DNA of 64,000 bases, taken from the IMG/VR virus record IMGVR_UViG_3300028840_001508, positions 1 through 64,000 of that record. One strand, written 5' to 3'. Position 1 is the first letter of the stretch, and the number at the start of each line of letters is the position of its first letter. The notes under the pieces were generated by a model. The model searched no databases, was not told the origin of the DNA, and worked only from the letters and a program-made list of their open reading frames with translations. Positions 1-8,865 of the stretch are shown in pieces. The stretch comes from a virus. The position numbers were made by a program, and so were the translations under genes.

Positions 1-98
1 CTGTAGTCGTCGAGGGTAGTGGGTGGCGGTGCGGTGAATTGGGTATGGGTGCAGGATGATAGACAGATTAAGATTGCTATGCCGCACAGGTTTTTCAT
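1..98 (-). CDS. Putative lipoprotein, partial (runs off the window), downstream of the repressor
   Basis: Reverse strand ATG at 98 after GAGG RBS; MKNLCGIAILICLSS-CTHTQFTAPPPTTLDDY has a signal peptide with an LSSC lipobox. Confidence 0.55.
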   Translation of the reverse strand, partial: MKNLCGIAILICLSSCTHTQFTAPPPTTLDDY

Positions 99-111
99 TA
101 TTTGAACCTCG

Positions 112-456
112 CTAAACAGTTCCGACCTTCCTCTGAATCCCAATTAAATACGATTGAATTGATGGATAGTTTTTATATTGTTCTATAAGTTCTTTCAATT
201 CCTTTTCACCAAAAGCAATAGCAACTACCCATTCCTGATCTAATTTAAGTGCATTAGCTATCTTTTCTGCGTTTTCCAGAGAAATAGGCATATCCCCTGA
301 AAGACAGCGACTTATCGTTGACTGCGCTATACCTGTTTGTTCAGCTACATCCCTGTGCCGCAATCCTTGTCTTGTAGCTTCTGCCTGTAATATTGTAGAA
401 AGTCTACTCTTGCGTTTCACTAATGCTAACCTCTCTATACTAATTATGGATTTCAA
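112..456 (-). CDS. XRE/Cro-C1 HTH repressor (cI-like)
   Basis: HTH motif LRHRDVAEQTGIAQSTISRCLSG; GAGGAGG RBS before TTG; divergent from a second HTH gene. Confidence 0.85.
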   Translation of the reverse strand: MKSIISIERLALVKRKSRLSTILQAEATRQGLRHRDVAEQTGIAQSTISRCLSGDMPISLENAEKIANALKLDQEWVVAIAFGEKELKELIEQYKNYPSIQSYLIGIQRKVGTV

Positions 457-477
457 TTAGATTCCTCCTCTTACTTA

Positions 478-506
478 ATTATAAACTAAATTAACATTCT
501 TGTCAA
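478..506 (-). promoter_or_regulatory. Sigma70-type promoter driving the repressor
   Basis: Reverse strand TTGACA (506-501), 17 bp spacer, TATAAT (483-478): exact consensus. Confidence 0.85.
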
Positions 507-538
507 GCTTCTTTGCCATATACTCCCCTTTTTTTTGC

Positions 539-567
539 TTGACACTGTTGTTAAGTTGTGATATAAT
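539..567 (+). promoter_or_regulatory. Sigma70-type early (lytic) promoter with extended -10
   Basis: TTGACA (539-544), 17 bp spacer, TATAAT (562-567) preceded by TGn. Confidence 0.85.
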
Positions 568-599
568 TAGTTAATAATAATTAACTAGGAGGCGACCTA

Positions 600-833
600 A
601 TGTTCTTAGACAACTTAAATAATTACCTGAAGGCGGTGCATTGGCGAAGAAAAGATCTTGCTAATACGACAGGCCTTGCACCTGAAACCATTTCGCGATG
701 GAATAAGACTGACAGATTTAGACCAAGCAGGGAAAGCCTAATAAAAATTCGCGATGTCCTAAATATAGAGTTAGCAAGGCAAGGAAAGAAGGCTGATGTT
801 ACGATAGACAAGTTAATCTCTGAGGGAGATTAG
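600..833 (+). CDS. Cro-like XRE HTH regulator
   Basis: WRRKDLANTTGLAPETISRWNK HTH; AGGAGG RBS; divergent from cI-like gene. Confidence 0.8.
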   Translation: MFLDNLNNYLKAVHWRRKDLANTTGLAPETISRWNKTDRFRPSRESLIKIRDVLNIELARQGKKADVTIDKLISEGD

Positions 834-897
834 CTTGTTTTTTTTTACATTTCTTGATTAAATAAGGATAAGTAACTAATAAGGAGATGGAAAGGAT

Positions 898-1185
898 ATG
901 TTAAAGACTCACGAATATAGAATGTATCCTAATAAGACACAGGAAAAAGAACTCATGTGCTGGATGAGGATAATGTGTGATGTTTATTGTATTCTTACTG
1001 ATTACAAGTCAAGGCTTTGGGAGTCATCAGGCCGGCATGCGAGTCAAAAGGACTTATATGAGATGTTCCAGTCGATCAGGCCGCTTCAGCCTGAGATAAA
1101 GGATGTCGCCCAAGCCTTATTCTATGTCATGGTTCGATATAGGATAATGCCGGCATATAGGTCGTTTTTCGCCACATTACAATAA
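898..1185 (+). pseudogene. tnpB: Truncated IS200/IS605 TnpB (N-terminal HTH_OrfB/REC part only, no RuvC)
   Basis: Start MLKTHEYRMYPNKTQEKEL matches the K.Y.YRLYP...Q...L TnpB N-terminus; stops after 95 aa. Confidence 0.6.
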
Positions 1186-1281
1186 CGGACAGCGGGGTCA
1201 CACCATGCGCCAGCTATGCAGTCTCGGAGATCCCTCTACCCCACCTTTCGCCCCGCTGTCCATATCTGAAAGGAGACGATC

Positions 1282-1923
1282 ATGTATTATAAGCTGACAG
1301 ACCAGGACATGCAGACCCACGGCGGCTTCCAATGGGAGCTGGGCAAGTGGTATAGAATAGAAGATACATTGCGTGATAGAAAAGCTGATCTTTGCACGCC
1401 TGCATGGTTTCACTGTTATGACGACCCGATTCTGGCTATTATCCTCAACCGTATCCACGCTAAAATTCCAAACCCGCGGATGTTTCGGGCTAACGTGCGC
1501 GGGTTGCGTCAAACTGATCATGGACTGAAATATGGTTTCACCATGCTACGGTTAGGTGAGGAACTGGAAGTGCCTGTCATTACTACAACACAGGGGATTG
1601 CATTTGCCATTCTCTGTGCCAGAGAGGTTTGTAACGATGAAAGCTGGCTAAAATGGGGTGAAAGGTGGTTGTCTGACGAAGATAGAAGTCGTAATGCGGC
1701 TTATGCGGCGGCTTATGCGGCGGCTGATGCGGCGGCTTATGCGGCTGATGCGGCGGTTTATGCGGCTTATGCGGCTGATGGGGCGGCTGATGCGGCGGCT
1801 TATGCGGCTGATGAGGCGGCTTATGCGGCTGATGCGGCGGTTTATGCGGCTGATGCAGTTAATGCGGTGGCTAGAGTCACCTTAGATCTGAAAGGGATAG
1901 CGCGCAAGGCTATGTCGTATTGA
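1282..1923 (+). CDS. Phage protein with C-terminal Ala-rich AAYAA/AADAA repeats
   Basis: 213 aa ORF with AAAGGAG RBS; low-complexity C-terminal repeats. Confidence 0.75.
   Translation: MYYKLTDQDMQTHGGFQWELGKWYRIEDTLRDRKADLCTPAWFHCYDDPILAIILNRIHAKIPNPRMFRANVRGLRQTDHGLKYGFTMLRLGEELEVPVITTTQGIAFAILCAREVCNDESWLKWGERWLSDEDRSRNAAYAAAYAAADAAAYAADAAVYAAYAADGAADAAAYAADEAAYAADAAVYAADAVNAVARVTLDLKGIARKAMSY
1695..1868 (+). repeat. Coding minisatellite of GCGGCT(T/G)AT units
   Basis: Degenerate 9/12-nt tandem units encoding A-A-Y / A-A-D. Confidence 0.85.
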
Positions 1924-1935
1924 AAGGAATGAACT

Positions 1936-2271
1936 ATGAGCAATATCTTCACACGAATAAAAGGCAATAACTACACTACTCTCGCAGATGAACTCGACAC
2001 ACTCATAGCCAGCTTCCGTCTGCGCTTCGGCTGCCAGTCTGATACCGAAGCAGCAGGGCTGGTAGTATGCGGGTTATCTCTAAGATATCTCGATAGAGAG
2101 ATAGATGCCGTTGTGCGGTCATACATGCGCCAGCATAATATGACCAGGGAAGAAGCGATAGGGGAGATGGCGGAAGACCTGGCGAAGCTTACGGAGAAGC
2201 ACTACGTCACTGACTGCTATTGCTGTCCGGAGGAGGAAACAGGGAGGTTGTTTGAGGATGTTGTTATTTGA
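1936..2271 (+). CDS. Hypothetical phage protein
   Basis: ORF with AAAGGA RBS, operon context. Confidence 0.6.
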   Translation: MSNIFTRIKGNNYTTLADELDTLIASFRLRFGCQSDTEAAGLVVCGLSLRYLDREIDAVVRSYMRQHNMTREEAIGEMAEDLAKLTEKHYVTDCYCCPEEETGRLFEDVVI

Positions 2272-2439
2272 AAGAGAGGGTCTTTTACGGCAGCGGCGTT
2301 GTACGTCGGATCTGTCGTACAACAGGGGCGTTGACTATAGGCTGATCAATGAATGGCGAGGAGGTGATGTGGAGATAGTTCAGCGTGGCGTGAAGAATAG
2401 ACGGTTTGAGAAGTTGTTGTGTGAATAGGAGGAAGAACG

Positions 2440-2727
2440 ATGGATGCGCTAAGAAAGCTTGTGGACGAAGCAATAGATGACCTGATTACCGAGAAGCCGC
2501 AGCTTGACAAAGAAGAAGCCAGGGAGCAGTTAGTGACGGCAATAGAAAATCAGATATATACTGAACTAGGGATAGATCCCTGCTACCTGGACTTTGATGC
2601 GCTGGAGAAGCAAGATAGCCAATTGGGGCAACTTGCCAGGATCAGGCGTGTGCTGGTAGATATGCGCCCTGTGACATTCAATGATGCCGCTTGGGAAGTT
2701 GCGGGTGTGCTTGCAGGGGCGAACTGA
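2440..2727 (+). CDS. Hypothetical phage protein
   Basis: AGGAGG RBS; stop overlaps the next start (TGATG). Confidence 0.6.
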   Translation: MDALRKLVDEAIDDLITEKPQLDKEEAREQLVTAIENQIYTELGIDPCYLDFDALEKQDSQLGQLARIRRVLVDMRPVTFNDAAWEVAGVLAGAN

Positions 2728-4793
2728 TGCCAGTCAAGTGGTTTATATGCCCCGATAACCAGCGAATAGAGATAGCTCAATGTCTTGAAGAGGGCGGGTG
2801 CAGGATGCCCAACCGATGTGCGACACGAAGCTATCTCAAACTCGTTGCCAGCGACAGGAAGTGGAAGAGGCGCGCCTCAACAACCCAGTTAATAGCAGGT
2901 ACGATGCTGGCATACTTGCGTATTACAGAAGACTACGCAGTCTCACCCGATGATCGTGCCTTCATGATCTACGGCACGAAAGCCCACATGAACTTAGAAT
3001 CCTACGACGATGAATTCTCTCTGATAGAAGAAAAGTTTGACGATATTGATACTACCATAACCGGTATCATGGATGTCTTTGAGCAGGAGAACGGCAAGTC
3101 AGTTCTGGTGGACTACAAGACCAGCGGCAGCTATAAAGTCGCGAAGGCGATGGGCTGGTATACCTATGATGAACTGACTGGCGAGGTGTATAAGTCAGGC
3201 AAGCGTAAAGGTCAGCCGAAGACCAGGAAGGTGCTGGCGCGGGATGACGCTATGGTAGATATGTGGGAGTGGGAATTACAGCTCAACAAATACAGGATGG
3301 AGCTGGAGCGGCGGGGCTTCGCTGTTGATGAGATGCGTATTCAGTGTATTGTCAGGGATGGCAATACGTGGATCGCCCGGAGCCGTGGCGTATTCAGGAA
3401 CCTGTATTTCTTTCTGGTGAAACGTTTGCCAGATGAGGAGGTGGATGCCTATTTCTGGGGGAAAAACGCAGCATTGATGAAGGCGCTGGAACAGGGCTAC
3501 TGGAAAGAGCCATGTTCTGGCAAAGAGAACTGGGACGGGATCCGGTGTGCTAGATACTGCGAAGTCGCTGAATTCTGTCCTTTAGGGAAATATTTACAGA
3601 AGGAAAGGGAGGAAGTGGAGATGCCGATCAAAGGATTGTCAGATGTAAGGAGATTGCCCAGGCTTGGGAAGATACGCTTGGGTGTAAAGAAAAAGAACAG
3701 CAAAGGCGTAGAGTATCCGTCAGAGGTTGATTATTTCATACCTGCACCGTCTACGCCATCAGAACTAGAAAATGAGCGTTTGATAGACCAGTTTAAGGAG
3801 CTATACGGCGAAGAGCCAAAGAGTATCAACGTGATGCTGCCACTAGCAGATCCTGAGCAGGTTTTCCCACAGTGGTATAAACGCTATGGTAAATCAACGC
3901 TTCTCCAGTGTAAGGGAGACGGCGAAAAGGCTGTTTGTATCTCAAAAGAATATGCAAAGGATCTCAATATACTGGGAGAGGTCGATAGAGGGCTTGAAGT
4001 TGAGTGCCTTGGCAAAGAATGTCCATATTATCAAGCTAAGAAATGCAGCGAAGTTGCCACGCTTCAGGTTTTGCTTCCTGAACTGGAAGGTGCTGGGGTA
4101 TGGCAGATCACAACGGGAAGCTATCACAGTATCGTCAACATTAACTCAGGCATCGACTATATTCGTGCTATGGCAGGACGGATCAATATGATTCCGCTAA
4201 AGCTGGAGCGCAGGGAGCAGGAGATACAGTATGAAGGAAAGAAATCAAAACACTATATCCTGCATCTCAATATTTCTGTGGCACTGGCAGAGCTTCAGCG
4301 TATGGCGCAGCTTGACCCGACGAAGATATTGATGGAACTGCCAGAGGTAGCAGAATCCAAAGAGGATATTATCTTTGAGCAGACGCCGCCCGTAGGAAAC
4401 GGTGCGGAGATTATCGAAGCTGAAATAGTCTCAACCAACGAAGCGGAACCCGGATCGCTTGGCCCTGTGGAAATAGCCGAAAAGCTGGCAGGAATGATGT
4501 CTGGCATGAAAGTAAATGGCTATACGTTCACAACTGTATGTCCTGATGATTTACTGGAATATGTAGAGGCGTGGAACCTGAGCAATGGGAAGCTGGTACT
4601 GAAACTCATGGAAGCTGTGAACGACGACAGCAAATTCACCAAGCTGGCGAAAGCATTCGGGGAATACATGGAGAAGAAGGTCAAGGATGATGCTGATGCC
4701 GCCGCTACAGAAGACTTCTTTCCGAAGAAGAACGGCATCAGCAAGAACCCACAACATCTATCGCCTGAAGAGATGCAAAAAGCAAGCAAGTAG
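2727..4793 (+). CDS. Fusion: Cas4/RecB-like PD-(D/E)XK exonuclease (Fe-S type) plus Gp3/recombination-directionality-factor-like protein
   Basis: IMDVFE..VLVDYKT and QLNKY nuclease motifs, Cys clusters at both ends of the domain; second half begins MPIKGLSDVRRLPRLGKIRLG with an in-frame ATG at 3621 and its own GGAGG RBS. Confidence 0.7.
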   Translation: MPVKWFICPDNQRIEIAQCLEEGGCRMPNRCATRSYLKLVASDRKWKRRASTTQLIAGTMLAYLRITEDYAVSPDDRAFMIYGTKAHMNLESYDDEFSLIEEKFDDIDTTITGIMDVFEQENGKSVLVDYKTSGSYKVAKAMGWYTYDELTGEVYKSGKRKGQPKTRKVLARDDAMVDMWEWELQLNKYRMELERRGFAVDEMRIQCIVRDGNTWIARSRGVFRNLYFFLVKRLPDEEVDAYFWGKNAALMKALEQGYWKEPCSGKENWDGIRCARYCEVAEFCPLGKYLQKEREEVEMPIKGLSDVRRLPRLGKIRLGVKKKNSKGVEYPSEVDYFIPAPSTPSELENERLIDQFKELYGEEPKSINVMLPLADPEQVFPQWYKRYGKSTLLQCKGDGEKAVCISKEYAKDLNILGEVDRGLEVECLGKECPYYQAKKCSEVATLQVLLPELEGAGVWQITTGSYHSIVNINSGIDYIRAMAGRINMIPLKLERREQEIQYEGKKSKHYILHLNISVALAELQRMAQLDPTKILMELPEVAESKEDIIFEQTPPVGNGAEIIEAEIVSTNEAEPGSLGPVEIAEKLAGMMSGMKVNGYTFTTVCPDDLLEYVEAWNLSNGKLVLKLMEAVNDDSKFTKLAKAFGEYMEKKVKDDADAAATEDFFPKKNGISKNPQHLSPEEMQKASK

Positions 4794-5130
4794 GGGTACG
4801 CGCATCGTACACCCCTCCTAAACCTGAAAGGTAAGGTGATAACAATGCAGCCCTAAATTGGTTAAAAACCAATCCGAATAGATCCACAGGCGGGCTTTCA
4901 GATTTAAGCGTTGATAGTGTTCTCCCGTGCTGGCCGGGTAAAGCCAGCAAGTTCGGTATACTAACGAACGCGAAAGTGATATTCCCAAGCCGCCCTCGAC
5001 AGTCAAGCGGGGGCGGCACACAAAGGAGAAAAGACACAATAGAAGCTGGCTAGTATACAAATAATCACGCCGCCCGCTTTTTCTAACGTACCATGACGGT
5101 GCAGGCGGGCGGCATATAGAAAGGGGCATT

Positions 5131-5829
5131 ATGCAATCACCGTCAAGAAACTTTCTCAGCCTAATAGCAGCGTGGGCTTCTGTCAATGCCCGGCAGTATA
5201 ATAGAGAGAATGCTGCCTTACAAGACAGCAAGCTTTCTGTTTATATTGACGAGTCGGGTGATTTGGGCAGGGGAGATGGCGGTACAAAGTATTTTGTGGT
5301 TAGTTCGATAGAAACCGTCAACGGAAACTGTTTGAGCCATGCCGTAAAGCGAGTAAAAGCACGGCGGGGGCTATCGCTGGCAGAGGAATATAAAGGAAAC
5401 TGGTGGAAGCTAATGAAAGTAAGGAGTGATATATTAAGCGAGCTTAGAGCTTTAGATATTCAGATAAAGTCTCTTGTCGTTAAAAAAGAGGGCGTTCCTG
5501 TCGATATTCTTTCTAAGCAGCATGATCTCTATTATCACATCATCTGTCAGTTACTCTCACAATACTTGGTTTACAATAATGATGTTCTGGTCAACATACA
5601 TAGAAGAACGCTTATGTATTCACTCAGGGACTATCCTGAGTTTGAGAGCTATAAGGATTATTATGCCACAGGTATAAAAGTTATCCAGAGGTCTTCAGAG
5701 TCATGCTATGGCATACAAGCTGCCGATGCAGTAGCTAATGCGACTCTAAGGCTGTTTGAGCGAGATGACCGGAAGTTATATGGTCTGATAGCTGGCAAGG
5801 TAATCCAGAATAACAGGCTATTTGCATAG
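5131..5829 (+). CDS. DUF3800-family protein (RNase H-like fold)
   Basis: VYIDESGDLG N-terminal motif and GIQAADAVA C-terminal motif. Confidence 0.75.
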   Translation: MQSPSRNFLSLIAAWASVNARQYNRENAALQDSKLSVYIDESGDLGRGDGGTKYFVVSSIETVNGNCLSHAVKRVKARRGLSLAEEYKGNWWKLMKVRSDILSELRALDIQIKSLVVKKEGVPVDILSKQHDLYYHIICQLLSQYLVYNNDVLVNIHRRTLMYSLRDYPEFESYKDYYATGIKVIQRSSESCYGIQAADAVANATLRLFERDDRKLYGLIAGKVIQNNRLFA

Positions 5830-5836
5830 GGAGGTG

Positions 5837-6145
5837 ATGGATATGAGATTTGGAGACCTGGAACCTGGTGACTATTTTACACCTGTAGACGGAAAAAGTT
5901 TATACATCAAACACGCCTACAACGGATGCTATCGGTTAGCAGAAGATAGCCTTAATGCGTATTGTTGGCCGTCTACTGAACCTGTAGTTGAATTGCCAGT
6001 AGAGTCAGTAACAGTTTGCATAAAGAAAGAACTTCTTACAGAAGAGGGAATACAGGAAATAGGGCAAGTTGAAATGGATGGTGAGGTTGCAAAGATTCCC
6101 GGCGTGAAGTTTAGGGATGTGTTTATGAGATACATACCTATTTAG
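5837..6145 (+). CDS. Hypothetical phage protein
   Basis: GGAGGTG RBS before ATG at 5837. Confidence 0.55.
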   Translation: MDMRFGDLEPGDYFTPVDGKSLYIKHAYNGCYRLAEDSLNAYCWPSTEPVVELPVESVTVCIKKELLTEEGIQEIGQVEMDGEVAKIPGVKFRDVFMRYIPI

Positions 6146-6532
6146 AAACTGTGTAATATTGCGTAGTTACGCCGCCCGTCCTCTGAAATACGCATAGTCG
6201 GTAAGCAAGGCGGGCGGCATATTGAGGTGCGACTGTCACAGATTTTGACATCGTAGCAGGCTGGATAAGGACAGAACAGGAGGAATAACATGGCGTGGTA
6301 TGAACATCTATTTGGAATCCTGGCAGTATTAACCTGTTGCGCTCTGCCATTTGGCGGGCTAGGGATATTGCTTTGCATGTTTTCAAGCGGAATATCGCGG
6401 AAGGAGGAGGATTTACTGTGATAAACATGATATTCACAGAAGCGGCAGCGATAGAGGCGGGCTGTGTCATAGCCATGATATGCGTGATCCGGTATTTGGT
6501 GCGGAACTGGCGTATAGAGAGGCGGGGGTGAT

Positions 6533-6826
6533 ATGCTAGACGAAGGCTACGAAATGCAGGAGTTATATTGCCACAACTGCAACGGATATGTGGCTTTTCC
6601 TGTAGATTTGCGTCTGGACGGCAATCATGTAGTGAATTGTCCGAAGTGCGGGCATGAGCATTGCCGCGTTGTCAAAAATGGCAGAATTACTGCACAGCGT
6701 TGGGATTCACGAAATCCGACGCATTATGTGTTAAGTACAAATGTACATTATTACCTGAATGATTCATCTACTACAACAGGAACGAATCTCTACATAAATA
6801 TGGCTTGGCTACAAACATCCGCATAG
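6533..6826 (+). CDS. Zinc-ribbon protein
   Basis: CHNC ... CPKC pairs. Confidence 0.65.
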   Translation: MLDEGYEMQELYCHNCNGYVAFPVDLRLDGNHVVNCPKCGHEHCRVVKNGRITAQRWDSRNPTHYVLSTNVHYYLNDSSTTTGTNLYINMAWLQTSA

Positions 6827-6835
6827 GAGAGAAAC

Positions 6836-7045
6836 ATGGACGTAAAAGACAAAGGCAACATGCTCATTATCACCGACGACGGCTGGCGGCTGATACTGAT
6901 GCATACGCCAGAAACGGGACATCTACACGTAGGACAGGGAGACGCGGAGCAGAACATCATGTCAGGTGCATTCATGGCAAAGTTTGACGATGTAGCTGAT
7001 TGGGTAGTGAAGCGGCGGAAGATGCTGGAGACAGGAGCGATATAA
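6836..7045 (+). CDS. Hypothetical protein
   Basis: AGGAGAG RBS. Confidence 0.5.
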   Translation: MDVKDKGNMLIITDDGWRLILMHTPETGHLHVGQGDAEQNIMSGAFMAKFDDVADWVVKRRKMLETGAI

Positions 7046-7450
7046 TGTCAATCCACGTCAAAAGTGAAGCTGAATTCAAACGCTGGCAGAAGAAAGCCAA
7101 ACGGCTCAGGGCGCAGATAGAGCATCCAGAACAAGCGCCGACACTGGTGGAAATGATGGATGAAATGGACAAGCTGTGGCGGAAGTTCAATACGCTGCAA
7201 AAGAGGGTGGGGGTCAGGAAGAGGTGATAATGATGGAATACGTACTGATAGAGGCGGGCTGTGTCATAGCCATGATATGCGTGATCCGGTATTTGGTGCG
7301 GAATTGGCGTATAGAGAGGCGGGGATGAAAGATGGCTAAGAGATAGGAAAAGCCCCAAATGCTACGGATAACTATCAACGAAGTAAGAGCCAGAATGTAT
7401 GTCTCTAAAATGCGAAGCTTTATCAAACAGCAGATAGTAAAGGAGAAGGG

Positions 7451-7729
7451 ATGAAACATTTTAAGTATGACGAGGATGGTGATTTGTGTTGTTCCGCGTG
7501 TGAAGCGATGGTACGTTCAATGCAGATTCGGACTAACGCTGTAATAGGCTTTGAGTGGATGCAGGATAACGAATTTGAATGTGTTGACTGGGACTATAAA
7601 AACACTAAGCTGGTCTGTGTCTGCGGAAAGGAAATACCAGAGGACAGCTATGAGTGGGTTTATGAGGACTGGTGGGTTCTCAGGATACGAGAAGATGCTA
7701 TTGTTCAGGAGAGAAAGGAACAGGGATGA
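7451..7729 (+). CDS. Acidic zinc-binding hypothetical protein
   Basis: CSAC and CVCG motifs; AAGGAG RBS. Confidence 0.55.
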   Translation: MKHFKYDEDGDLCCSACEAMVRSMQIRTNAVIGFEWMQDNEFECVDWDYKNTKLVCVCGKEIPEDSYEWVYEDWWVLRIREDAIVQERKEQG

Positions 7730-7863
7730 ATAGAGATTTGAACGAAGGGACAAGGATGAGCGAAAGACCTTTCTGTTGTCGATGCAAAGAAGATTTCAGA
7801 GTGGGAGAAGATGATGATATTCAATACAGCTAGACTTTAGATGGTGGTGGAAGGAAGGCCGTA

Positions 7864-8121
7864 ATGCCAGTTCAGATGACTAAGCGGGAGTTAGACCAAG
7901 TGCTGAGGAAAAGCCACAAGCAGCAGATAGAGAACATGCCAGAAGGCGATGTAGTCAAAGATATGGAACGCCGCATCAAGAATCTGGAACGGGAACACAT
8001 ATCATTGAAAAAACAAGTGAAAGAGTTGCTGGCACACAGCAGGAAGGTGTGGAAGCTATACGGCGAATATCAGCGGCGTGATGCGCTGCTTGAGCCAGAT
8101 GGGGGAGAGGAGGGGTTTTGA
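7864..8121 (+). CDS. Coiled-coil hypothetical protein
   Basis: ORF with heptad-like segment. Confidence 0.55.
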   Translation: MPVQMTKRELDQVLRKSHKQQIENMPEGDVVKDMERRIKNLEREHISLKKQVKELLAHSRKVWKLYGEYQRRDALLEPDGGEEGF

Positions 8122-8364
8122 ATGGAAACAAAAGCGAAGGGCAATGAATCGTGGAATCCAGAGTTACTTTTGAAACCGCTACGTCAGACATATATGCAAG
8201 TGGCAGACAGGTTGCTGGACGGCAAAGAGTTATCACTGTCTGAGCGGACGGCATTGCAGGATTTCAGGTGGCAAATGACGTTAATCGAAGCAGGATATCG
8301 TACAGGTACATGGAAGGGCAACGGGGAGCAGATTGAAAAGCAAACGGAAGAAGGTGAGGCATGA
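8122..8364 (+). CDS. Hypothetical protein
   Basis: GAGGAGG RBS, coupled to neighbours. Confidence 0.55.
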   Translation: METKAKGNESWNPELLLKPLRQTYMQVADRLLDGKELSLSERTALQDFRWQMTLIEAGYRTGTWKGNGEQIEKQTEEGEA

Positions 8365-8663
8365 TGGCTGAGAACTATGATCGATACCTGGCTAAGAAGA
8401 TAGCGGATTTCAGGGTCGCATGTAATCATACAGATCCGAATCTGGGAGTTACCGCTGTGATAATAACATACGAATCCAAAACCAACATTGAAGTTGTTCT
8501 GTATGTTTCGGGGGTGAAATCTGCCAGCAAAAACGTATCCAGGGGTACTATATTGTCTGGTATACCTGAAATTATGGCAAAAGGCATAGCGAATGAACTG
8601 GTGGCGGAATATAAGAAGAAGGAAGAGGAGATGCCACTGTTAGAGCCAGTGACAAAAACATGA
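8361..8663 (+). CDS. Hypothetical protein
   Basis: ATGA overlap with the previous stop. Confidence 0.55.
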   Translation: MMAENYDRYLAKKIADFRVACNHTDPNLGVTAVIITYESKTNIEVVLYVSGVKSASKNVSRGTILSGIPEIMAKGIANELVAEYKKKEEEMPLLEPVTKT

Positions 8664-8865
8664 CAATGCTTTGACAAAACCTGACAAAGGAGACTAGCAA
8701 ATGCGTCCCAAACACTGGTCATCGTTACATTTCGGCGCACTCTGGGCAGGTGTCGGATATGTCACAATTTGTCACGAATCTGTCATAAGTTGGATGTGCG
8801 TCTGGGTGATATGGAACATGCTGGCGGTATGTATTTGGGGTGCGTTGGGATGTTGGTGAAAGGGG

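Larger units (their letters stand above)
6450..7324 (+). repeat. 78-bp direct repeat (6450-6527 and 7247-7324), one mismatch
   Basis: GATAGAGGCGGGCTGTGTCATAGCC...GAGAGGCGGGG is present twice; the copies differ only at AAC/AAT. Confidence 0.95.

Noticed and set aside
1658-1885. ORF with MRRLMRRL repeats
   Set aside because: Alternate-frame shadow of the Ala-rich repeat in 1282-1923
2727-3620. Cas4-like nuclease as evidence of CRISPR-Cas
   Set aside because: No array or other cas genes; the context is a phage recombination module
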